Shown here piece after piece: positions 40,318-50,370 of a DNA stretch of 64,000 bases. The notes beneath the pieces were generated by a model that ran no database searches, was not told the DNA's origin, and saw only the letters and a program-made list of their open reading frames with translations. Source of the DNA: an uncultured archaeon (GTDB taxonomy: Archaea > Asgardarchaeota > Lokiarchaeia > Sigyniarchaeales > SOKP01); assembly GCA_964508365.1 (NCBI GenBank), contig CAZDTP010000001.1, positions 1 through 64,000 on the forward strand, in the 5' to 3' direction. The stretch's first letter is position 1. Each line of letters starts with the position of its first letter. A program made the translations under genes and the position numbers.

Positions 40318-41796
40318 ATGGAAAAATTATACCAACCAGATTTTAGTTCTATATTTGGGGCAAAATATGCAAGTGCGTTTACCTATGGTCAAATTGACTC
40401 TTTAATATGGCCAATTTTTAACGAGATCGAGGGATCAAAGGCTTTAACAAATCTTTTAGAACTAAAAAATCACGACGGAAGAAGTTACTTCTATAATAGA
40501 AAAATATGTATTGAAGATGAGAAAGTAGAGTTGTTTTCTTCAAATATTAATTACGGATTTATTCAAGCAATGGATTTAAATAAAGCATATGGAATTACCA
40601 ATAGGGATGTCTTATCTGTTGTAAGAAGTGACCCTAAGATATTTAAAGGAATTTTATCCTTTAATCTTGAGAATAGTGCCCGTGCGGATTTAGAATCACT
40701 AGCAAATCAAATTCCTGTTGTTGGAGTAGTTCTTTATCCCTCTTTTTGTAAAATTGATATAACTGATGTTAATAACGAGAATTTACGCGAATTACTTAAT
40801 TATTGTAAAAAAAAGGAATACTTCGTGAAGATTGACATAGGAAATATGAATCTACCAGAAAATTACGCTGAATATACGACTTATGATAAAGTTAAGGCTT
40901 TTTTATCGAAAAATCCAGATATTATCATCATTTTAAGTGGATTGGATTTTTCGGGAGATTTTAATCTATATTACCAACTTTTAAAATTGTACAATAACTT
41001 ATGGATTGAGGTGGATCCACGAACTATTGGAGGAATGACGCCAACTGATTATTTTAAGGAACTCTTCTCATTGAAAGGATTTATTCAAAATACTTGGCAT
41101 AGGATAATAATAGGAAGTGCAACACCCACTTTGGAGATGTCCCAGATGAAAAGAGGGTTCTTGGAAGCAACAGAAATATTAAATTTTCCTCAAAGAAATT
41201 TGTTGAGAAGTTGGGCTTTCAGAAATGCTAATAGGTTAAGCCCTTCTATATTTGAGCCTACAATAGAATCGAATTTGTTTAGAGCAGTTAAAGAAATAAA
41301 AAAAATTAAACAAATTAAAAACGATAACGAGGTAATTATTTCTTATAATGTAAAGATGAGAAGTTTTGCTATTACTCAATTATTATTTTTTACAGATCTA
41401 ACAAATGATCTCTTTAAATCTTGTATAGAAGAAAATCCTCATTTTAAAGATGGGGAAATTTTTATTAGATCCTACCATACAACAGTTAGCTTAATTATTA
41501 ACGAACATGAATTTGGTAATTTCCTCGATATGCATTACAAGTTTGCAGAAATATCCTCAAGGGATAGCTCTCAATTCCTACATACCGTAAGAGCTCTTGA
41601 GAATCGCCCTGATTTCAACTACTTTGACCACGATTTGGCAAACACTTATGGCAATCGACAATTAATTTTACCCGTTCTTGATGGTAAAATTAAAATTGGG
41701 AGTCGTGAGAATTTTTATGTATTAGTAACTTTTGGTCCTAGAACATTTAACATTCACATTAAAGTTAAACTAACAATGGATAAATACTCCCATTAA
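40318..41796 (+). CDS. Fusion of a degenerate amidohydrolase-2-like barrel and a C-terminal YjbQ/UPF0047 domain
   Basis: N-terminal barrel pattern (GVVLYP, RIIIGS.TP). C-terminal HTT..L.INE, DH, LP..DGK...G motifs of YjbQ from ~41326. Confidence 0.7.
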   Translation: MEKLYQPDFSSIFGAKYASAFTYGQIDSLIWPIFNEIEGSKALTNLLELKNHDGRSYFYNRKICIEDEKVELFSSNINYGFIQAMDLNKAYGITNRDVLSVVRSDPKIFKGILSFNLENSARADLESLANQIPVVGVVLYPSFCKIDITDVNNENLRELLNYCKKKEYFVKIDIGNMNLPENYAEYTTYDKVKAFLSKNPDIIIILSGLDFSGDFNLYYQLLKLYNNLWIEVDPRTIGGMTPTDYFKELFSLKGFIQNTWHRIIIGSATPTLEMSQMKRGFLEATEILNFPQRNLLRSWAFRNANRLSPSIFEPTIESNLFRAVKEIKKIKQIKNDNEVIISYNVKMRSFAITQLLFFTDLTNDLFKSCIEENPHFKDGEIFIRSYHTTVSLIINEHEFGNFLDMHYKFAEISSRDSSQFLHTVRALENRPDFNYFDHDLANTYGNRQLILPVLDGKIKIGSRENFYVLVTFGPRTFNIHIKVKLTMDKYSH

Positions 41797-42223
41797 TTTT
41801 ATTCAATCCAATGCAATAATGGAATTGCCAAGCATTATAGAATAAAAATCCCCTGAGCTTTCTAAAGTCGCAATTACCATATTGATTAATAGATATTACT
41901 CTAATTGGGCTACAATTTGTTAAATTCTACTATTAAATGGTAGTATCAATTTTTAATCTTTCTATAGATTCCCTTATATAAACTTATTGCTTGAAATAGA
42001 GACGAAATACCTCTAAGAGAAAATAAACTCAAAAGTTTAAATATTTATAATGAGTATATTTTATAAAGAATTAAGTAAGTTGTAGAAAATGAATATTTAT
42101 TTACAACATTTTGTTGAACAAAAGAAACCCAATTTTTTGTATTGTAATAAATATTAAATTATAGATTCCCAATTCTTCTTTTATTAAATGATATTCTAAA
42201 AAATCTTAAAATAAAACTATAAT

Positions 42224-43675
42224 ATGACTGACGAGATCGAAAACGAAACGGAAAAAGCAGAAGATAAGTCTGAAAAGGAAATTGAAAAAGTAGACAAAGA
42301 ATTTCTATCAAAAGCTAAAAATTCCAGAGATCTCATTGATAAGAAACTTAGAACCTTTGAAGATAGCATTGAAGACATTTCTGATACTATAAAAAATGGT
42401 GATGTCGAACCGGAGAAAAAGGAGAAGAAACATGAGAAATTAAGCGAAGAAATTCGAGAGTCACAAGTAAAGTTAGAGTCGATTCAAGCTAAAATTGATG
42501 ATAAGGAGGATTACTTAACTGCGATTGAGGAGACCATTAAAGCGCTTGAAGAAAAATACAATAAAAAAAATGAAGATATGAAAAATTTAGAGGAACGTTT
42601 TGAAATAATTAATGAAAGTAAGGATACTCTAGAGGAAGAGTATAAGGAACTCTTAAAGAATAACGAGCAATTAGTAAATACATTTGAGACCAGACAGGTC
42701 GACTTAATTGTCCTTACAGACAGCGTTAAAGAGAAAGTTTCTAATCAAGAAGAATTTCGCGCTAAACTTACCAAATTAAATCAAGAAATTCAAGAGAAAG
42801 AGTCTTTACTTGAGAGGTTTGGAGAAACTGCGGAAGCTCTAGAGAAAAAAATCAAGAGTCTAACGGCTGAAAATGAGACTCTTAAAGTTTCAATTGTTAA
42901 AAATAAGTTTGAATTAGATCACACAAACAGCGAAATTGAAGCTAAAGAAGAAGAGAAAAAGCTTTTATCCGAGCAAATTGAGAAAAATGAAACTCGCATT
43001 AAAATAATAGAGAAAAACATAGAGGATTATAAAGATGGTTTTCCTGAAATGGAAAAACAAAGAGAAACGTACGAAGAACTAATTTCAAAATACAAAATTC
43101 AACTCTCTGAAAAACAAGAGCTATTAATTGAGGTTGAATCAAAAATTCAACACCAAAATGAAATAATAGCATCTACTGATGAGCAGATTTTAAGTAAAGA
43201 AAACCTAATAAAAGCTAATGAGACAAGATTAGAAGATCTTAAAAAAAATATTGAAGCTTCTAGTCTAGAGTACGTTGAAAGGGAGGAAAGAATAGATTCT
43301 CTCGACGAAAAATTAAAATTTATGAAGGAAGAGCATGAAAAACTTGCAAAATCTAAGGAAGTAATAGAACAAAGTACAAATGATGCTAAACAACTTCTTC
43401 AAAAGTTAAAACTAGAGCTCGATACTCAAGAGGAGGAAATTCGAGATAAAGAAAGTAGAATTCATCGTTTAGAGTTCCTTTCATTGGTTTATAGGTTGTC
43501 AAAATTTTTTGGTGGGATTCTAATTGGTGTAGGAATTATTATAATAATTTTAGTACTTCTTGGTCTTTCAGGAATATTAAATTTCACTGATATTGAAGTA
43601 TTGCTTTTTATCATACTTGTAATAGCGGGAGTCTTCTCTGTTGTTAGTGGAATCTTTCATTTGGAAAAATCATAA
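42224..43675 (+). CDS. Long coiled-coil protein with two C-terminal TM helices
   Basis: ~420 aa E/K-rich heptad region with no ATPase motif, then two hydrophobic helices at the C-terminus. Confidence 0.85.
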   Translation: MTDEIENETEKAEDKSEKEIEKVDKEFLSKAKNSRDLIDKKLRTFEDSIEDISDTIKNGDVEPEKKEKKHEKLSEEIRESQVKLESIQAKIDDKEDYLTAIEETIKALEEKYNKKNEDMKNLEERFEIINESKDTLEEEYKELLKNNEQLVNTFETRQVDLIVLTDSVKEKVSNQEEFRAKLTKLNQEIQEKESLLERFGETAEALEKKIKSLTAENETLKVSIVKNKFELDHTNSEIEAKEEEKKLLSEQIEKNETRIKIIEKNIEDYKDGFPEMEKQRETYEELISKYKIQLSEKQELLIEVESKIQHQNEIIASTDEQILSKENLIKANETRLEDLKKNIEASSLEYVEREERIDSLDEKLKFMKEEHEKLAKSKEVIEQSTNDAKQLLQKLKLELDTQEEEIRDKESRIHRLEFLSLVYRLSKFFGGILIGVGIIIIILVLLGLSGILNFTDIEVLLFIILVIAGVFSVVSGIFHLEKS

Positions 43676-43736
43676 TTGGATGTTTTATTAGTAATAAGAT
43701 CTATTAATTAAAAAATAATAAATTCCAAAAAGAAAA

Positions 43737-45608
43737 TTGAATGAAACCAAACCCAAGGAAGCTTTGCCTCAAAGAACGCTAAAATTATCCCAAGGGGTTC
43801 TATATGGTATAGGATGTGGAATTGGTGGTTCCATTTTCATATTGTTAGGATTGGGGATTGATATTGCTGGATCGGGTTTACTTTTAAGTTTCCTTTTAGG
43901 AGGGATACTGATTTTTTTTACGGGGTTAAATTATGCTGAAATCTCTACTAGTCTTCCAGTCGCAGGAGGTGTTTACAATTTTAGCAAAGAGGGTATTGGT
44001 GGATTCTTAGCTTTTATAATTGGTTTCTTTTTATGGATAGCTAATATCGCAACATGTTCATTTTCGGCACAAACATTTGCTTTTGTATTTAATGAAGTTT
44101 TTAATAAATTGAACCTTCCAATTTCGGATATAATAGTAAGTTTGATATCGATCTTGCCTATATTTTTAACAAGCATTATTATTTTTAGGAAACAAAAAAT
44201 TGCTACCAAAACTTTACTATTGCTAACCTTCATATTAATTGGCTTATTTGGGTTCTTTATAATTTCTGGATTAATAATCTCACCATTCACAAATCCTAAT
44301 TTTCTTCTTCCCCCAATTAAATTTGAGGGGATTATTCCAGGCTTTTTATTATTATTTATTTTGTTTACTTCGATAACTACAAATATAGCCTTATTAAATC
44401 CTGAGTTAAAAAACCCTTCAAAAACCATCCCTAAAACCAATATATATGCTATAATTATTACGGTAATTATATACATATCAATTACATTTGTTGTTTTATT
44501 AACCATTGGAGAAAATCCTGTCGATTTAAGCGGAACTCCCGTGTTATTAGCTGATGTGTTTGAAAGTGTGATTGGACCATTTGGTTTTTATATAATGGTT
44601 TTTGCTGCCATTATCTCGACGCTGATTGCTATTAATGCAGCGTTCGGTTCAGCTGTTAGTGTAATTACCGCTTTAGCAAGAGATCGATTTATACCCGAAA
44701 AAATACGAGAAATTAAAACAAAATCCGATTTACCAAGATTAGGTTTAATAATTACTGTAGTAATAGTCCTTCTATTCACGATATTCGCAGGCATCGGATT
44801 AACTGCTGAAATTACTAACTTTATCTACTTTTTCGCACTAGCTTTCGTAAATTACGCCGCTGTAAAATTAAGGCGTAAGAGAAAAGAGCTAGATCGACCG
44901 TTTAAGGCGCCCTTTTATCCATATTTACCATATTTTATTTTTGCATGCTTCCTAACTTTTGCAATTATACTGGGCATAATAATCTCTTTGGAAGCGTTGG
45001 TTTTAGGCTTAATCATCTTAGCTATTGGTTTTACTTACCAGTTGTTGGCGATAAGTGACAAACCGTCAATTAACTTAACATTAACAGGAATAAAATTTAT
45101 CTTTTCAATTATAACTGGCCTTTTTATATGGGTTATTAACAATTTTTCGGTTGTTTTTCCAGAGTTAATATTTATTAATAGAATATTAATATTTGTGTTT
45201 GTGTTCGTAATTATTACTATATTTTTTGATTTATTGCCTTTAAGAGAATTGGCTTATTATTATGTTAAATTTGTAGATAAGGAAAAAGTCGCAATTAATA
45301 TAGGCAGTGCTCAGATTATTGATTTGGGTAAAAAAAGATCTAAAATAATTCATTACATAAATTTATTGATAGCTCTTTTACAAATTAGTGCTGGTGGCGT
45401 GATACTAATAATCGTTTTTCTGTTATTAAATCAAAGCGTTGCTGTCCAAGACATTATTATCAATTTAGGACCTAGTATTTCCTATATTCCTAGTTTGGCG
45501 GGATCAACGCTTTTTACTTCAATCTTATTTATTTTTGGATTAACTCTTGTCATATGTGGCATGCTGTTATGGTTCCGGAATAAAGAAATAAAATTGCTTG
45601 GAATTTAA
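43737..45608 (+). CDS. APC-family amino acid permease with extra C-terminal TMs
   Basis: G..IGGSIF, YAE....P.AGG.Y, LARD...P, RPFKAP.YP motifs. Confidence 0.9.
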   Translation: MNETKPKEALPQRTLKLSQGVLYGIGCGIGGSIFILLGLGIDIAGSGLLLSFLLGGILIFFTGLNYAEISTSLPVAGGVYNFSKEGIGGFLAFIIGFFLWIANIATCSFSAQTFAFVFNEVFNKLNLPISDIIVSLISILPIFLTSIIIFRKQKIATKTLLLLTFILIGLFGFFIISGLIISPFTNPNFLLPPIKFEGIIPGFLLLFILFTSITTNIALLNPELKNPSKTIPKTNIYAIIITVIIYISITFVVLLTIGENPVDLSGTPVLLADVFESVIGPFGFYIMVFAAIISTLIAINAAFGSAVSVITALARDRFIPEKIREIKTKSDLPRLGLIITVVIVLLFTIFAGIGLTAEITNFIYFFALAFVNYAAVKLRRKRKELDRPFKAPFYPYLPYFIFACFLTFAIILGIIISLEALVLGLIILAIGFTYQLLAISDKPSINLTLTGIKFIFSIITGLFIWVINNFSVVFPELIFINRILIFVFVFVIITIFFDLLPLRELAYYYVKFVDKEKVAINIGSAQIIDLGKKRSKIIHYINLLIALLQISAGGVILIIVFLLLNQSVAVQDIIINLGPSISYIPSLAGSTLFTSILFIFGLTLVICGMLLWFRNKEIKLLGI

Positions 45609-45659
45609 TCCGCTGAGAATTATAATTTTTATATAACGGTCTGATATTGTTTTAAGAAA

Positions 45660-46394
45660 ATGGAATTACCCAAGATAAATCTACATATTCATTCTATATA
45701 CTCTGATGGAAAAAATAACATATCTCAAATAGTTACATCTGCCCTTGATAAGGGTTTAGATTATATATGTATCACGGATCACTTTACTAATTCTTGGAAA
45801 GCTGATATAATTCCTAATCTTAACAGTCTCGATAAAATTGAAATGTATTTAGAGGAAATTTCTCAATTTCAAGAATATCTTCTTGAAGAAGAAAGGCAAA
45901 TGGCTCTTTTTAAGGGAATAGAAATTGACTTAAGTAGTACAGAGAAGTTCATTATCAATAATATCTTACCTAATCGATTTGATTTAATTTTATTTGAATA
46001 TTTAGAAAACATTGAAGGCATATCGTTTATTAAGAAAATCATTAATTATTGGAAAAGTAAAACTAAAAACTCTAAGAATTTTCCTTTAATAGGTCTTGCG
46101 CATTTTGATCCTTCGTTTTTCGCCATTAGTGGTATGAATATTCTTATTGATTTTTTAACACAGAACCAAATCTTTTTTGAATTTAATACAAGCTATCCAC
46201 AATTTTATTCTCAAAAAAATCGCTCTTTTTTTGAACTCTTGAAAGAAAGAAATATCTTAGTTTCAATTGGGTGTGATTCTCATCATATATCAACTTTAAA
46301 AAACATAGAAGAAGCTTACGATAGGATAAAATTTTACCAGTTAGAAGATAACCTCGTAAATTTTATTCAAATTCTAGACAAAAAGAGGATATAA
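45660..46394 (+). CDS. PHP-domain protein
   Basis: NLHIHS..SDG, ITDH, GIE, GCDSH motifs. Confidence 0.9.
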   Translation: MELPKINLHIHSIYSDGKNNISQIVTSALDKGLDYICITDHFTNSWKADIIPNLNSLDKIEMYLEEISQFQEYLLEEERQMALFKGIEIDLSSTEKFIINNILPNRFDLILFEYLENIEGISFIKKIINYWKSKTKNSKNFPLIGLAHFDPSFFAISGMNILIDFLTQNQIFFEFNTSYPQFYSQKNRSFFELLKERNILVSIGCDSHHISTLKNIEEAYDRIKFYQLEDNLVNFIQILDKKRI

Positions 46395-46413
46395 GTAAAA
46401 TTAAATTGAGTTA

Positions 46414-46806
46414 TTATCTCCGCATTCTATGAAGGTGTTGGAGATAATACTTAAATGCCCTTTCAAAGGCAATATCAAGAAGCAATTCACTTTGCTCTTT
46501 TGGAAATGATAGCATTTCTTTTAATCGAACTTTTCCTATGTTGAATATATCTTTAAATGTAGCTAACTTTTCTGTCATTTCCATATTTTCAATTTCTGAA
46601 ATCGGTTTGTTTTTTATTTTCTGCCAATCACTTAATGCATGCCATGTTATACAGCGCATTGCTAACTCGGGAATTTCTATTTGTTCGCAAACAAGGCTCG
46701 AGATCATTTTAATTAGCTTTTGGAGCTCTGGTTTAAAATTAACTTTTGCATAATCAATTTGTCTTGAGGAAATTTCTTCCTTATCAAAATTTAACATATA
46801 TGTCAA
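46414..46806 (-). CDS. Hypothetical helical protein
   Basis: 130-aa ORF filling the gap between flanking genes; no recognised motif. Confidence 0.65.
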   Translation of the reverse strand: MTYMLNFDKEEISSRQIDYAKVNFKPELQKLIKMISSLVCEQIEIPELAMRCITWHALSDWQKIKNKPISEIENMEMTEKLATFKDIFNIGKVRLKEMLSFPKEQSELLLDIAFERAFKYYLQHLHRMRR

Positions 46807-47023
46807 GATTTATATTACCTAAATTAAGCTAGTAATACTTCAACCTAAATGAATATAAAGTTCTACAAAAAATATTCTATACCTAAAAAAGAATTAGAAT
46901 TTACCTTTATAAAGAAACTGTTAATTTTAGATATTTCTGTCAAAATTATATCTAAACAGGGCAAACATGATAACAAAAACCAAATAAAATATATTTTTAT
47001 TTTTAAAAATGCTTCATATTTAT

Positions 47024-47779
47024 ATGGAATTAGATGAAAAAATAGAGTTAGCATCTAAGTGGATTTATGAATCTAACAATCTTGTTATATTCACTGGTGC
47101 TGGAATTTCTACTGAAAGTGGGTTACCCGATTTTAGAGGCCCAGATGGAGTTTGGACTCGGCGCGACAAAGGGCTAAGTCCACCAAAGTCCCTACCATGG
47201 GACCAAGTTAAACCAAATAAAGGACATTACGCTATAGCAGACCTATTAAATTTGGGTAAATTGAGTTATTTGATATCTCAAAATGTAGATGGACTTCACG
47301 CTAAATCTGGAATCCCCTTTGAAAAGTTGGCAGAACTTCATGGAAATCATTATTTTATGAAATGTTTGGAGTGTGGAAAAAAATTGACATTTGAAGAGGC
47401 AGGATGGGATAAAAAAAAGTGGGGTCAAGGATATAGAACAAATCAGGTCCAGAATAATCAACCTGAATGTCCAAATTGTAGTGGAAGGCTTATTTCAAGT
47501 ATTGTCAATTTTGGTGATCCATTACCAATGGACGAACTTGAAGAATCTATGAGAAAGTCTCAAAGTGCCGATGTTTTCTTTGTAATCGGCTCTTCTTTAG
47601 TTGTAACCCCTGCCGCAAATATGCCTGGAATTGCTTGGAGAAATGGTGCCAAATTAATTATTCTTAACAAGGGTGAAACTCCGTATGATAGTGAAGCTGA
47701 TTTAAGGTTCTTTGATCAAATTGGAGATATTCTTCCCAAAATTGTTATGAGAGTAAAAAAAATGATGGAAACTAATTAA
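47024..47779 (+). CDS. cobB: NAD-dependent protein deacylase (sirtuin/Sir2 family)
   Basis: GAGISTESGLPDFRG, SQNVDGLH, ELHG, CxxC...CxxC, GSSLVV.PA motifs. ATG at 47024 preferred over 47009. Confidence 0.93.
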   Translation: MELDEKIELASKWIYESNNLVIFTGAGISTESGLPDFRGPDGVWTRRDKGLSPPKSLPWDQVKPNKGHYAIADLLNLGKLSYLISQNVDGLHAKSGIPFEKLAELHGNHYFMKCLECGKKLTFEEAGWDKKKWGQGYRTNQVQNNQPECPNCSGRLISSIVNFGDPLPMDELEESMRKSQSADVFFVIGSSLVVTPAANMPGIAWRNGAKLIILNKGETPYDSEADLRFFDQIGDILPKIVMRVKKMMETN

Positions 47780-47802
47780 AATATTAGTATCATTAAAAAT
47801 AG

Positions 47803-49722
47803 GTGAAAATTATGTCAAAAGAAATGATAAACATTAAGCTTTCTAATTTAGAGAAATATAAACAGAAGCATGTTAGTGCAGAGCAAGCAATTAAAAAATA
47901 TATTGAACCGGGAGATCGGGTTTTTATCGATTCTGGATGTTCTGAACCTATAGATCTTATATCAAAACTTATTGAACTCGGTCCTCAGCTTTCTGATGTA
48001 GAGATGATTCATTTTATAAGTCTGTCCGATCTCGATTATTATAAATCTGTGGGAGGTAATGAAGATTTATTTAGGCATAATGTTTTTTTTATCAGTGAAA
48101 ATCTTCGAGAATCTGTCAGAAGGGGATTCGCAGATTACACCCCAATGCTACTTTCAGACATTCCAAAATTCTTTGAAAAGGGCCAAATGCATTTAAAAAC
48201 TGCTCTTATTCAAATAAGCCCTCCTGATGAATTTGGATTTTGTAGTTATGGTATTAATGTAGATATTGCAAAACCTATAGCCGAGGTAGCTGAATTTGTG
48301 ATAGCTGAAATTAATCCTAAGATGCCACGTACACTCGGAGATTCTTTCATTCATATGAACGATATAGACGCCTATATTTTATCAGATCATGATATCATTG
48401 AGTTTAAGTATGAACCCCCAGATGAATCCACTAAAAAGATAGCAAAATATGTCGCATCCCTTATTGAAGATGAATCCACTATTCAAATGGGAATTGGGAA
48501 CATTCCTAATGCAATATCAACCGAATTAGAAGATAAGAAAGATTTAGGAGTGCATAGTGAAGTTTTCTCGGATGGAATTGTCGATCTCGTCGAAAAAGGG
48601 GTAATTACATGTAAAAAAAAGACACTTCATAAAGGAAAAATAGTGTGTTCCTTTGTTATGGGCTCCCGGCGGCTTTATGATTTTGTAGATAACAATCCCT
48701 TTGTAGAGTTTCATCCTAGTAATTATTGCAACGATCCTTTCATTATTAGCCGAAATAAAAAGCAAGTGGCCATAAATGCGGCAATTACAATAGATTTAAC
48801 GGGACAGATTAATGCAGATTCGCTTGGACCCTTGTTTTATAGTGGTATAGGTGGTCAAGTAGATTTTGTCAGAGGTGCCAATCGCTCTGAAGATGGAAAA
48901 CCAATAACAGTCCTTCCTAGCACTGCAATTTTAAAGGATGGAACGGTAGTATCGAGAATTGTTCCATATCTTCAATCAGGTTCTGGAGTGGTTATTACTC
49001 GGGGAGATATTCAATATGTTGTTACCGAATGGGGGGTAGCCTATCTATTTGGTAAGAGTATCAGGGAACGAGTTTTACAAATGATAAATATCGCCCACCC
49101 GGACTTTAGAGAAGAACTTTTAGAATACGCTAAAAAGGTAAAATATGTCTATGCAGATCAAAAACTACCTATTTCCATAAATGGTCGGGTGAGCTTATAT
49201 CCGGATAAATATGCAACAGCTTTTCAGATGAAAGATGGAAAAATTATCAAAATTCGTCCTATAAAACCAACAGATGAGAGAATGCTCCAAGAACTTTATT
49301 ATTCTTTAAGTGATAATGATAGATATTTGAGATTTTTCTCACGGGATCGAAAATTTCCTCACAAATTTGTACAACCTTTAGCAAATATAGATTATACTAC
49401 TGACATGATTTTAGTTGGTGAATATTTTGAAGAAGGAGAACAAAAAATCGTGGCATCAGCTGCATTTTTTAAAACCCACCAACCCTCAACAGTTGAATTA
49501 GGAATAGTTGTGAAGAAAGATTTTCGCAGAACTGGAATTGCTAAATTTTTATTGAATTATTTAGTTATAATTGCAAGAGAATTAAATTATAAGTTTTTTA
49601 CGGGTTCTATCCTCCTTGAAAACAAGCCAATGCTTCATTTTCTTAATAACAGTGGATACCCATTTAAATCAAAAAGTGTGGAATATGGAGAAGTTCTATT
49701 TACTCTTGATATTTCAAAATGA
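47803..49722 (+). CDS. Acetyl-CoA hydrolase/CoA-transferase fused to C-terminal GNAT domain
   Basis: IQMGIG.IP, HSE, GIGGQVDF.RGA, VVTEWG. C-terminal IRPI...D...L..LS....Y.RFF and R.TGIA GNAT motifs. Confidence 0.9.
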   Translation: MKIMSKEMINIKLSNLEKYKQKHVSAEQAIKKYIEPGDRVFIDSGCSEPIDLISKLIELGPQLSDVEMIHFISLSDLDYYKSVGGNEDLFRHNVFFISENLRESVRRGFADYTPMLLSDIPKFFEKGQMHLKTALIQISPPDEFGFCSYGINVDIAKPIAEVAEFVIAEINPKMPRTLGDSFIHMNDIDAYILSDHDIIEFKYEPPDESTKKIAKYVASLIEDESTIQMGIGNIPNAISTELEDKKDLGVHSEVFSDGIVDLVEKGVITCKKKTLHKGKIVCSFVMGSRRLYDFVDNNPFVEFHPSNYCNDPFIISRNKKQVAINAAITIDLTGQINADSLGPLFYSGIGGQVDFVRGANRSEDGKPITVLPSTAILKDGTVVSRIVPYLQSGSGVVITRGDIQYVVTEWGVAYLFGKSIRERVLQMINIAHPDFREELLEYAKKVKYVYADQKLPISINGRVSLYPDKYATAFQMKDGKIIKIRPIKPTDERMLQELYYSLSDNDRYLRFFSRDRKFPHKFVQPLANIDYTTDMILVGEYFEEGEQKIVASAAFFKTHQPSTVELGIVVKKDFRRTGIAKFLLNYLVIIARELNYKFFTGSILLENKPMLHFLNNSGYPFKSKSVEYGEVLFTLDISK

Positions 49723-49927
49723 TCTATAATTCAGATAATAATTATGATAGACTCGGTTAAAATTGATACTGAAAAAATAAAACACTTCATATTTAGCACA
49801 GGCAGATTACCTGAAAGAAGTTTTTAAAAGAAAACTTAAATATAGAGATGACATAATTAAGCATTAGAAAAAAATCACCCAAGAATCAAATTGATAAAAA
49901 AATAATAAAAATAAGAGAAAACAAAAA

Positions 49928-50311
49928 ATGAAAGATATAGCTGTTATTTTGGAAAATCGTCCCGGTGCACTAGCTGATATGGGGGAAATTCTAGGCAAAA
50001 ACGGTATAAATATGGAAGGTTTATGTGGAATTCCGTTAAAAGATAAGGCAATTATACATATATTAGTTGAAGAAGAAACTGTTGCACGCTCTATACTTGA
50101 AGAAGCAGGATTTGAGATTAGTGGTGTTCGTGAAGTTATCGTTCAAGACATTGGTCATATAGCGGGAAAGCCAGGGACAGGAGGGAAAATGGCTCGCAAG
50201 ATAGGTAATTTAGGTGTGAATATTGACTTGATCTATTTTGCTGAGAATAATAAAATAGTTATCGGAGTTGACAACATCGAAAGAGCTAACACAGCACTTG
50301 CAAAACAATAA
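49928..50311 (+). CDS. Tandem ACT-domain protein
   Basis: LENRPGALA...L...GINM and KPG....L....VNID..Y repeats. Confidence 0.88.
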   Translation: MKDIAVILENRPGALADMGEILGKNGINMEGLCGIPLKDKAIIHILVEEETVARSILEEAGFEISGVREVIVQDIGHIAGKPGTGGKMARKIGNLGVNIDLIYFAENNKIVIGVDNIERANTALAKQ

Positions 50312-50370
50312 AGAAGTTAGATGAGATTATGTCTAAATCTTTTGTTTAAATATGACAAATAATTAGATAT

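Noticed and set aside
42224-43675. SMC/Rad50 annotation for the coiled-coil protein
   Set aside because: No Walker A/B, signature motif or hinge; it has C-terminal TM helices.
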